Both the position numbers and the translations under genes were made by a program. The notes beneath the pieces are model-generated. The model was given only the letters and a program-made list of their open reading frames with translations, made no database searches and was not told where the DNA came from. From Candidatus Eiseniibacteriota bacterium (GTDB taxonomy: Bacteria; Eisenbacteria; RBG-16-71-46; JABDJR01), in assembly GCA_963783375.1 (NCBI GenBank), contig CAWANH010000029.1, positions 832,001-896,000 of the forward strand: a stretch of 64,000 nucleotides of DNA. Direction: 5' to 3'. Positions 56,678 through 64,000 of this stretch are shown here, piece after piece. Numbering within the stretch: position 1 is the first letter of the stretch; the number at the start of each line of letters is the position of its first letter.

Positions 56678-57567
56678 CCTCCGACCTCCGCCGAGTCCAT
56701 CGGGGCCTCGCCGGGGAATTCCCCGGGCAGGAAGGGAGTCCCGGTCCCGGGTTGGGGGATGAGCACGAAGGTCTCCTCCAGGCGAAAGAACGACGCGAAG
56801 GGATCGAGCCGGATGTCCTTCAGGAGCCGCTCCGGCGAGTCCCGGACCTCGGCCACCCTTCCCACCGGAAGGCCGGCGGGGAACACCCCCCCCAGGCCGC
56901 TCGAGATTAGGGTGTCCCCCACCGCCACGTCGGACTGAAGGGGGGCCTTGGAGACGCGCAGCCTACCCTCCCCGGGGTCCCACTCCACGATTCCCAGGAC
57001 CCGGCTCCGGGTGTCGCGGACCGAGACCGGGCTGTTCTCGTTCCGGAGGAGACGGATACGGGAGGTCCGGGACGACACCCTTTCGACCACCCCCACCAGT
57101 CCCTCCACCGACACCACCGCCTCGCCGGGAGCGACTCCCTGACGCGAGCCCACGTTGATCCAGGCCATCCCCCGGATCGGATCGCGGTCGAGACCCACCA
57201 CGCGGGCGGGAACCGTCCGATACCGGATGGGGGGCTCGTAGCCGAGCATGGCCCGGAGCCGGGTGTTCTCGCGCTCCGCCTCGCGGAGGCGGGCCAGTTC
57301 GAGCTCCAGCTCCATGACCCGCTTGGATGGACCGCGCGACCGGGTGAACAGGCGGCCGATCTTCAGCGGCTGGGACACCACGGTCAGGATGCCGCCGGCG
57401 ACCGCGTCCACCATCGGCACCAGGACCGGGGGACGCCGAAGCACGGAGACCGAGGTTCCGGCGACCAGGAGCGCCGCGGCCACCAGCACCACCACCAGGG
57501 CGCGGCGGCGGTCGAAGAAGGCCACCACCCGCTGGACCGCCTCGAAGATGATGCTCAGGAAAGGCAT
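56674..57567 (-). CDS. mreC: Rod shape-determining protein MreC
   Basis: ENTRLRAML, GLVG.V, SSGLGGVFPAGLPVG. Confidence 0.92.
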   Translation of the reverse strand: MPFLSIIFEAVQRVVAFFDRRRALVVVLVAAALLVAGTSVSVLRRPPVLVPMVDAVAGGILTVVSQPLKIGRLFTRSRGPSKRVMELELELARLREAERENTRLRAMLGYEPPIRYRTVPARVVGLDRDPIRGMAWINVGSRQGVAPGEAVVSVEGLVGVVERVSSRTSRIRLLRNENSPVSVRDTRSRVLGIVEWDPGEGRLRVSKAPLQSDVAVGDTLISSGLGGVFPAGLPVGRVAEVRDSPERLLKDIRLDPFASFFRLEETFVLIPQPGTGTPFLPGEFPGEAPMDSAEVGG

Positions 57568-57591
57568 GGCGGGGGTCCGGGCTCGGGGGTC

Positions 57592-58626
57592 CTAATCACG
57601 GAACGACTTCATCAAGACCTTTTCGTAGAGTTCCAGGTTCTCCAGCACCTTACCGGTGCCCAGGACCACGCAGAGGAGGGCTTCATCGGCCACCGTGATC
57701 GGCAGGTTGGTGGCTTCGCGCAGGAGGACGTCGAGGCCCCGGAGGAGGCTGCCGCCCCCGGTCATGAGGATCCCCCGGTCCACGATATCCGCGGCCAGCT
57801 CCGGCGGCGTCTGCTCCAGGGACGTGCGGAGCGCCTCCACGATCTGGCTGATCGGCTCCTGGAGGGCCTCCCGGATCTCGGTGGAAGTGACCTTGATCGT
57901 CTTGGGGATGCCTCCGATCAGATCCCGCCCCTTGATCTCCATCTCCTCCTCCTGCTCCAGGGGGAAGGCGGATCCGATGCGGATCTTGATCTGCTCCGCG
58001 GTCTGGTCGCCGATCAGGAGGTTATAGGCGCGCTTGACGTACTGGACGATGGCCTCGTCCATCTTGTCCCCGCCCACCCGGACCGACGTGTCGTGGACGA
58101 TGCCGTTCAGGGTCATCACCGCGATCTCGGTGGTTCCCCCCCCGATGTCGATGACCATGTTCCCGCAGGGCTTGTCCACCGGCAGACCGACCCCGATGGC
58201 CGCGGCGATGGGCTCGGCCACCAGGAGGACTTCCCGGGCCCCCGCGGCCTCGGCCGAGTCGCGCACCGCGCGCTTCTCCACCTCGGTGATGCCGGAAGGG
58301 ACGGCCACGATCACCCGCGGCCGGACCAGGAATTTCCGCTTCTGCACCCGCTGGATGAACTCCCGGATCATGTCCTCGGTCTTTTCGAAGTCGCTGATCA
58401 CTCCGTTCTGGAGCGGGCGCACCGCGATGATCTCCTCGGGGGTGCGACCGAGCATGTCCTTGGCATCCTTGCCCACGGCCAGCACCTTGCCGGTGCCCCG
58501 GTCCACCGCCACCACCGAGGGCTCGTTCAGCACGATTCCCTTGCCCTTGACGTACACCAGGGTGTTGGCCGTGCCCAAATCGATGGCCACATCGGTGGTG
58601 AAGAGGCTCATCACCCGATCGAACAT
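57592..58626 (-). CDS. mreB: Actin-like MreB
   Basis: IDLGTANT, NEPSVVA, DIGGGTTE, TPPELAADI, TGGGSLL. Confidence 0.98.
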   Translation of the reverse strand: MFDRVMSLFTTDVAIDLGTANTLVYVKGKGIVLNEPSVVAVDRGTGKVLAVGKDAKDMLGRTPEEIIAVRPLQNGVISDFEKTEDMIREFIQRVQKRKFLVRPRVIVAVPSGITEVEKRAVRDSAEAAGAREVLLVAEPIAAAIGVGLPVDKPCGNMVIDIGGGTTEIAVMTLNGIVHDTSVRVGGDKMDEAIVQYVKRAYNLLIGDQTAEQIKIRIGSAFPLEQEEEMEIKGRDLIGGIPKTIKVTSTEIREALQEPISQIVEALRTSLEQTPPELAADIVDRGILMTGGGSLLRGLDVLLREATNLPITVADEALLCVVLGTGKVLENLELYEKVLMKSFRD

Positions 58627-58724
58627 GCCGTGTCGTGTCCTTTCAAATGACCTGGAAGGAGGGAGCCGGAGGCCTGTGGGGTGCCCTCCCCGCCTCCGGT
58701 GGCCCCCCGCGTGGAGCCGCAGGG

Positions 58725-58754
58725 ACGCTAGCAAAGGGCTCGCCAAAGCCACAA
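58725..58754 (-). promoter_or_regulatory. Putative mre operon promoter (sigma70-like with an embedded sigma54-like site)
   Basis: TTGTGG-N18-TAGCGT; TGGCGA-GCCCT-TTGCT at 58730-58745. Confidence 0.4.
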
Positions 58755-58922
58755 GGGGGAAAGCGTTCCGGCGCCCGATCGGCGGAGCGAGTGAGGCCGG
58801 CGCCGCCCCCCCACCGGCGCCGGAGCCCCGGTGGGATATGAGAACGGGGGCCGCGCCTTCCGGCCCGGCCCCCGGTTCGAGGCGCCCGGGGCGGGGGATC
58901 TCCCCCCGCCTCCGGAACGGGA

Positions 58923-60110
58923 TCAGAAGTAGTAGGTCCCGGTGATCGAGGTGAGGGGATAGGCGCTCTTCCCGCTGAAGAGGTAGCCGCCGGTGAACAC
59001 CGCGTCCGGGTTCACGGTGGCGTCCACGTCGAAGTGCTCGAAATGGAGTCCCATCCCGAACCCGAAGAAGTATCGGGAGGACAGGGTGTCCCGGTCCGGA
59101 ACGTTGTCGCCGGGAGCGTTCACCTTGGAGATGTCCACCGTCTTGGTGGCCCCGACCCGGCCGGTCAGCCAGGGATAGACGTCGAACTCCAGGGCGATGA
59201 ACATGGCCGGGAGGTCCCAGCGGGAGAACTCCGCGCTCATCTCGGCCCCGGTGTAGGTCTTCCGCTTCAGGTAGTTGGCCGCCAACCCCATGATGAGGAG
59301 ATCGTTGCCGTTCACCTCGTGCTGGAGGGCGGCGCCCACGTTCAGACGGTTGCTGTAGGTGTCGTCCGCGTCCCCCTGGGCGGTGGCGTCGAGATGCTGG
59401 TAGATCACCACCGGGACCAGCATGTTCCCCTTGCTCATCTGGTTCATCATGCGGGCGCTCAGGCGGTAGGACAGGTTCCCCGCGTCCTCGGTGATGACGT
59501 CTCCGGCGGAGTTGGTCAGCATCCAGGTGATGGAGGTCAGGTCCACGGCCAGTTCGACGTTGTCGGTGGTGCCCACGTCGAACTTGAGCCCTCCGGTCAC
59601 GGAGAGGGAGTTCGTTCCGCCCCCGGTGATCCCGCGGGTGAGCGGTTTCGACTCCGCATCGCCCTGCTTCACCGAGCTGTCCGTCCAACGCAGGGAGAGT
59701 CCGGTGGTCACCTTGCTGAAGTTCTTGGCCCAGGTGAGGTCGATGTCGCTCATCTCCGAGGGGATGGCGTTGTCCTGCTCGTCCCGGACGAAGAACCGGT
59801 CGTAGGTGGCGGCCTGGTTCAGGTAGACCGCAAAGACCCCGTAGGAGGTGTTGTCCCCGGCCCCGATCACCCCGACCGAGTGGTTCCCGAAGGTCTGTCC
59901 GCTGTTGGCGTCCGCGCTACCGAGCGATGCGGTCACCAGGTTCTGGTACCGTGCCGCCACCGTGGGGAAGACGCGGAAGTTGAAGTAGTCCTCCACGTAC
60001 TCGCGCTGGATTCCCAGGGCGTCGAGACGGGCGTCGGACGCGAAGGAAACGCCGGCGGGGAGGACGAAGGCGAGAATCAGAAACGGCATGAGCCAACGGA
60101 ACGATCTCAT
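58923..60110 (-). CDS. Outer-membrane beta-barrel (porin-like) protein
   Basis: Signal peptide ..GVSFA-S, ARLDALG, amphipathic strands, C-terminal TGTYYF; strongly biased codons; own promoter. Confidence 0.78.
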   Translation of the reverse strand: MRSFRWLMPFLILAFVLPAGVSFASDARLDALGIQREYVEDYFNFRVFPTVAARYQNLVTASLGSADANSGQTFGNHSVGVIGAGDNTSYGVFAVYLNQAATYDRFFVRDEQDNAIPSEMSDIDLTWAKNFSKVTTGLSLRWTDSSVKQGDAESKPLTRGITGGGTNSLSVTGGLKFDVGTTDNVELAVDLTSITWMLTNSAGDVITEDAGNLSYRLSARMMNQMSKGNMLVPVVIYQHLDATAQGDADDTYSNRLNVGAALQHEVNGNDLLIMGLAANYLKRKTYTGAEMSAEFSRWDLPAMFIALEFDVYPWLTGRVGATKTVDISKVNAPGDNVPDRDTLSSRYFFGFGMGLHFEHFDVDATVNPDAVFTGGYLFSGKSAYPLTSITGTYYF

Positions 60111-60232
60111 GTGTGCCCCCTTGTCAGATCCGTGACTTGCGCGGCCGTGCCGGCGGGTCGCGCGTTCCGCCGCTTCCCGAGGGAACCGGGTCTCACTGCG
60201 CTCGTGGATCACCGGGGCCGCTGATCCGGGGC

Positions 60233-60261
60233 AAATTACGACAGGCCAATGGGTTTGTCAA
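60233..60261 (-). promoter_or_regulatory. sigma70 promoter for the OM protein
   Basis: TTGACA-N17-TAATTT. Confidence 0.65.
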
Positions 60262-60270
60262 TCCGCGGGA

Positions 60271-61116
60271 TCACTGGAGAAGCACCGGTCCGGCCCCCCG
60301 GAACTGGACGAACAGCGCCCGGTCGAAGTCGGGTTCCTCGGACCGGAGCGAGTTCACCCGGACCCGCCCCCGCGCGTGGATGAACCGCCCGTCCGGCAGA
60401 CCGATCCCCACATGGGAGACCTTGGGGTCCGACTCGCCGAAGAACACGAGATGGCCGAGCTGGATCTCGCGCGGATCCCGGTAGATGTAGGTCTCTCGCT
60501 TGAGCCAACGGAACTGGTCCCGGGCATCGCGGGGGAGCTGAACCCCGTGAAGTCCGAAGACGGTCTGCACGAAGCCGGAGCAATCCAGCCCCTTGGCGGT
60601 GACTCCCCCCCACTGGTACGGCACTCCCAGGAACCGGTGGGCGGTCTTCACCAGGGAGGGAATGTCCCGGGGACGCTGGCGGGGACGAAGGGTGGTCCGG
60701 TCGAGGAGAAGGTCGTTGGCGTGGAGATAGCCCTCGGTCTCGTCGGGAAGAAGAACCCGGATCCATTTCCCGGATCGGCCCAGACGCCGCATCCGGGCTC
60801 CCAACGGGGCTTCGCGGAGCGCCAGGCTCCGCCGGGTCGCTTGCTCCCGCACCCGGGCGATCATCGAATCGACTTCCACCAGGGGACCGTTCCGATACGC
60901 GGCGAGTTCCTCCCGGCTCACCGGCTGGGCCGACCAGGATCGCATCCATCCCCGGTAGCCGTCCGGAGTCATCACCTTCAGCCAGAGCCCCCCGTTCCGG
61001 CGGGCCACGACCTCGAGCGGGGTGCCCAGAACCGCCTGGGAGATCTGCTCGGAGGCATGGTCGGGCGTGCGGCGCATCTCCCCCAACCCCTCGTTCACGA
61101 TGACGTAGCCTTTCAT
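60271..61116 (-). CDS. SH3b plus NlpC/P60 (C40) peptidase, YkfC-like
   Basis: DGYRGW SH3, FLGVPYQWGG, DCSGF, LPRDA, HVGI, FIHA; no signal peptide. Confidence 0.9.
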   Translation of the reverse strand: MKGYVIVNEGLGEMRRTPDHASEQISQAVLGTPLEVVARRNGGLWLKVMTPDGYRGWMRSWSAQPVSREELAAYRNGPLVEVDSMIARVREQATRRSLALREAPLGARMRRLGRSGKWIRVLLPDETEGYLHANDLLLDRTTLRPRQRPRDIPSLVKTAHRFLGVPYQWGGVTAKGLDCSGFVQTVFGLHGVQLPRDARDQFRWLKRETYIYRDPREIQLGHLVFFGESDPKVSHVGIGLPDGRFIHARGRVRVNSLRSEEPDFDRALFVQFRGAGPVLLQ

Positions 61117-61129
61117 CGAAGCTCCTCGC

Positions 61130-62403
61130 TCAGTTCCGGCCCGATCCCACCATCCGGTATCGGCCGAACCCGTCCGGGTCCTGGAAGACGTAGGTGGCGC
61201 TCCGTGAGTAGTAATACCAGATTTCAGTCGGCGGCCCCGATATTCCGTTGACCGTGCGCTCGATCCGATCGGGGGCCCCGAACCTGATGTAGGTCCGGCC
61301 CATGTCGGAGCGCCACCCCGGCTCCAGGACCCCGAAGTGCTGTTCGGCGTACTCCACCCGGTTCATGAACTTCACCAGGGCCTCGTTCGCGGCAGTCCGG
61401 GGGGCGGGATCGCGCCGGTTCCAGAACCGGGTCCAGAGCACGGCCAGCGAGTCATCGGGGGCGTCCTCCAACTCGCGAAGCTCGGCGTTGGTGGCCACGT
61501 AGCCGAGGACGGTGCGGAGCATTCGGGGGTCCTCGAGAGCGATCCGGGTCTCGTCCACCTGGAACGTGCCCTCGGAGCGGGCGCGCTCCCCCCCAGGCTC
61601 GCCTCGACCTCGAGCCGGTAGCTTCCCCGGTCGAGTCCGGCCAGGGACGGCTCCACCAGGATGAACCCGCGTCCGTTCCGCCGCGGGGCGGAACCGGTCG
61701 AGTCGGCGCGCGTCCGCCCCATCCCGTCCCGGACCGACCAGCGGACGGCGTAGGCGCTGTCGGCCACGCCGGGAATCCCGTCCCGGACCCAGGCCCCTAC
61801 ACAGAGGCCGGCGGTGTCGTCCCCATAGCGGGCGAACGGTCGCGGGAGAACCGGCCCCACCGAGCCCGCCCGGCGGCCGCCGCCGGTGTCGCCGGCGCAC
61901 TCGCCGAAGATCAGATCGGAGACGGCAAGCGGCGTCCCCCGGTAGTCCGGAACGCGGATGGGGAGATCGGCTTCCCCCCGGCGGTCGCTTCCCGGTTGAT
62001 CCACCTCGACATGAAGATCGGCCCGCCCCGGCGGAAGCCTCAACTCCAGATGATCCAGGTAGGCGCCGCCCCCACCGGCCGCCCGCACCGCGGCGTCGCG
62101 AGCGTAGCTCCTCGTCCACTTCCGGGTGATCGTGCTTCCCCCCTCAGCGGCGGTGGCGATGACCAGGACGTGGAGAGTGGACGAATCGGCCTCCACGGAA
62201 CCGGAGGTCGACGCCAGCCCGGCGAGGGGAAAGGCAAGCTCGAGGCGGGTCACCGGGCTCCCCGCGGAGTCGGGATAGGAAATCGTCCGGGTGAGGAAAG
62301 GGAGATTTCCCCGGACCTTGGCTTCGGCGGCGGGAGCGGTCGAAGCCCAACCCAGGATCCCGAGCAGGATCATCGAGGCTCCGGCCGCCGGGATCCGACT
62401 CAT
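61130..62403 (-). pseudogene. GWxTD-domain exported protein split by a frameshift in a G7 run (61588-61594)
   Basis: N-terminal half (signal peptide..GSYRLEVEASLGG) and C-terminal half (FWNRRDP..NE..RVEYA..F..GWRSDMGRTYIRFGAPD..EIWYY) are in different frames; span is 1274 nt, so one extra G gives 424 aa. Confidence 0.8.
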
Positions 62404-63422
62404 CCCCCGATGCGGTACATGCCGCGGCCATCGACCGGGCCGACCGCGCTCCCCTCCCGGATCTGGCCATGGTAGGGGTGCTCTTCCGGTTTCTCGCGCA
62501 CCGCCCGCCGGAACATGGCGGCCAGGTCGGCATCGTCGGCCCCCGCCCGCAGGGCTTCGCGGAAGTCCATCTCGTTCTCGTTCAGGAGACACCCGCGGAG
62601 CTTGCCTTCGGAAGTGAGCCGCACCCGATTGCACCGGGCGCAGAAGTCGCGGTCGGAGATCGGGGAGATGAAGGAGATCCGTCCCCGCCAACCGTCCCCG
62701 GTGAAGGTGCGGGCCGGCCCGCCGTTCGGTGGGGGATCCAGCCCGACGAGCGGATAGCGCGCCTCGATTCGTCCCTTGAGCTCCGCGGTGGGGAGCACCC
62801 GGTCGAGGCTCCACCCGTTCTCCGCGAAGGGCATGAACTCGATGAACCGGATGTCCACCTCCCGGGTCCGGGCCATCTCCACGAAGTCGAAGGCCTCGTC
62901 CTCGGTGGATCCCTTGATGAGGACGGTGTTGATCTTGACCGGGCGGAGGCCGGCCTCGATCGCCGCTTCGATCCCCTCCCGCACCTGAACCAGCCGGTCG
63001 TAGCCGGTGATCGCGGTGAAGCGCTCGCGGACCAGGGTGTCGAGGCTCACGTTCACCCGGTCGAGCCCGGCCGCGGCCAGGTCGCGGGCGTGCCGGGCGA
63101 GGAGGACGGCATTGGTGGTCATGACCAGCTCGTGAAGCCTCGGGCCGCCGTTGTCGACCCGCTTCCGCCGACCCAGGAGCGTAACCAGATCGAGGAGATC
63201 CTTCCGCACCATGGGCTCCCCGCCGGTGAGCCGCACCTTCCGCCAACCCAGGGAGACCGCCGCTCCCACCAGCCGGTCGATCTCCTCGAAGCTCAACACG
63301 TCCTCCCGCTCCACGTGGACGGGGTGTTCGGGCATGCAGTAGGAGCACTTGAGATTGCACCGGTCGGTGACCGAGATGCGGAGATACGTGATCTCCCGAC
63401 CGAAGGGGTCAACCAGGGGCAT
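62400..63422 (-). CDS. moaA: GTP 3',8-cyclase
   Basis: YLRISVTDRCNLKCSYC, TGGEP, FCARCNRVR..C, C-terminal IGG. Confidence 0.96.
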   Translation of the reverse strand: MPLVDPFGREITYLRISVTDRCNLKCSYCMPEHPVHVEREDVLSFEEIDRLVGAAVSLGWRKVRLTGGEPMVRKDLLDLVTLLGRRKRVDNGGPRLHELVMTTNAVLLARHARDLAAAGLDRVNVSLDTLVRERFTAITGYDRLVQVREGIEAAIEAGLRPVKINTVLIKGSTEDEAFDFVEMARTREVDIRFIEFMPFAENGWSLDRVLPTAELKGRIEARYPLVGLDPPPNGGPARTFTGDGWRGRISFISPISDRDFCARCNRVRLTSEGKLRGCLLNENEMDFREALRAGADDADLAAMFRRAVREKPEEHPYHGQIREGSAVGPVDGRGMYRIGG

Positions 63423-63486
63423 CGCACTCTCCTTGCGCCCCGCAGGGCACCCGGCGGGCAAAGAAGGCGGGCGTTTCAGGAAGAGC

Positions 63487-63999
63487 TTACCGGCTCCGGG
63501 TCCGGAGGAGCAACACAAGCCCGATCGCCACCACCCCGACCGATATCCACTGGGCCATGGTGAGACCGAGGGCCACCGGCACGTTCGTCCGCAGGTACTC
63601 CACCCCGAACCGCTCGGTCCCGGCCAGGAGCAGGTAGACCGCCATGGTGAAGCCGGGGCGGTCCTGCCACGCCTTGCGCCGGGACCACAGGAAGAAGAAG
63701 AACCCCAGAGAGAGGACCGCCTCGTAGACCTGGGTGGGATGGACCGGAATCGTGGTGGGCGGGGTGCCCTTGGGAAAGGTCATGCCCCAGGGAAGGTCGG
63801 TGGCGTGGCCGTAGTCGTCTCCGTTCAGGAAGCAGCCGATCCGACCCACCCCGTAGCCCAGGGCGATCAGGGGGGCGCCCATGTCGGCCAGGGTGATGAG
63901 GGGAACCCCGTAGCGGCGGGCCACCAGGATGACCCCCAGCGCCCCGCCGGCGAGGCCGCCGTAGTAGGTGAGCCCCGCCCCCGAGAAGATCGATCCCAG
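63487..63999 (-). CDS. lgt: Prolipoprotein diacylglyceryl transferase (partial, 5' end outside window)
   Basis: GLTYYGG, GRIGCFLNGDDYG, HPTQVYE, RF.VE.LR. Confidence 0.92.
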   Translation of the reverse strand: MGSIFSGAGLTYYGGLAGGALGVILVARRYGVPLITLADMGAPLIALGYGVGRIGCFLNGDDYGHATDLPWGMTFPKGTPPTTIPVHPTQVYEAVLSLGFFFFLWSRRKAWQDRPGFTMAVYLLLAGTERFGVEYLRTNVPVALGLTMAQWISVGVVAIGLVLLLRTRSR

Positions 64000-64000
64000 G

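Overview
High-GC (roughly 70% by eye) bacterial core-genome segment from a diderm organism. Gene content (CarboxypepD-TonB receptor, GWxTD protein, lipoprotein-type LptC, rpoN-hprK-mannose PTS-metK block) suggests the FCB superphylum, e.g. Eisenbacteria/Latescibacterota/Krumholzibacteriota-like; this is inference. About 50 genes, all on the minus strand except sahR-ahcY. In transcription order: lgt-moaA-GWxTD (frameshifted in a G7 run)-NlpC/P60; an OM beta-barrel; mreBCD-mrdA-rodA-GT-C-like protein-comF; a radical SAM/DUF2344 fusion that has lost its CxxxCxxC motif-rng; rplU-rpmA; mdh; plsC-repeat protein-epimerase; (+) sahR-ahcY; kdsB-pyrG-kdsA-kdsC-kdsD; lpxL-lptC-lptB (no lptA)-rpoN-hpf-hprK-EIIA-EIIB-[GH57 glucanotransferase]-EIIC-EIID-HPr-EI-PGI/PMI-nucleotidyltransferase; metK; ftsK-rimO-hypothetical-bamD-nadD; polA-coaE-prfB (+1 frameshift)-pmm/pgm-mpg; and an EB_dh-like lipoprotein, a beta-barrel and a TonB-dependent receptor. 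I saw no rRNA, tRNA, CRISPR array or mobile element. The most unusual items are the cysteine-less radical SAM pseudoenzyme, the GH57 inserted into the PTS operon (EIIC has no canonical start), the sigma54/sigma70 overlapped promoter upstream of the rpoN operon, and the homopolymer-frameshifted GWxTD gene. All family calls are by motif recognition, not database search.
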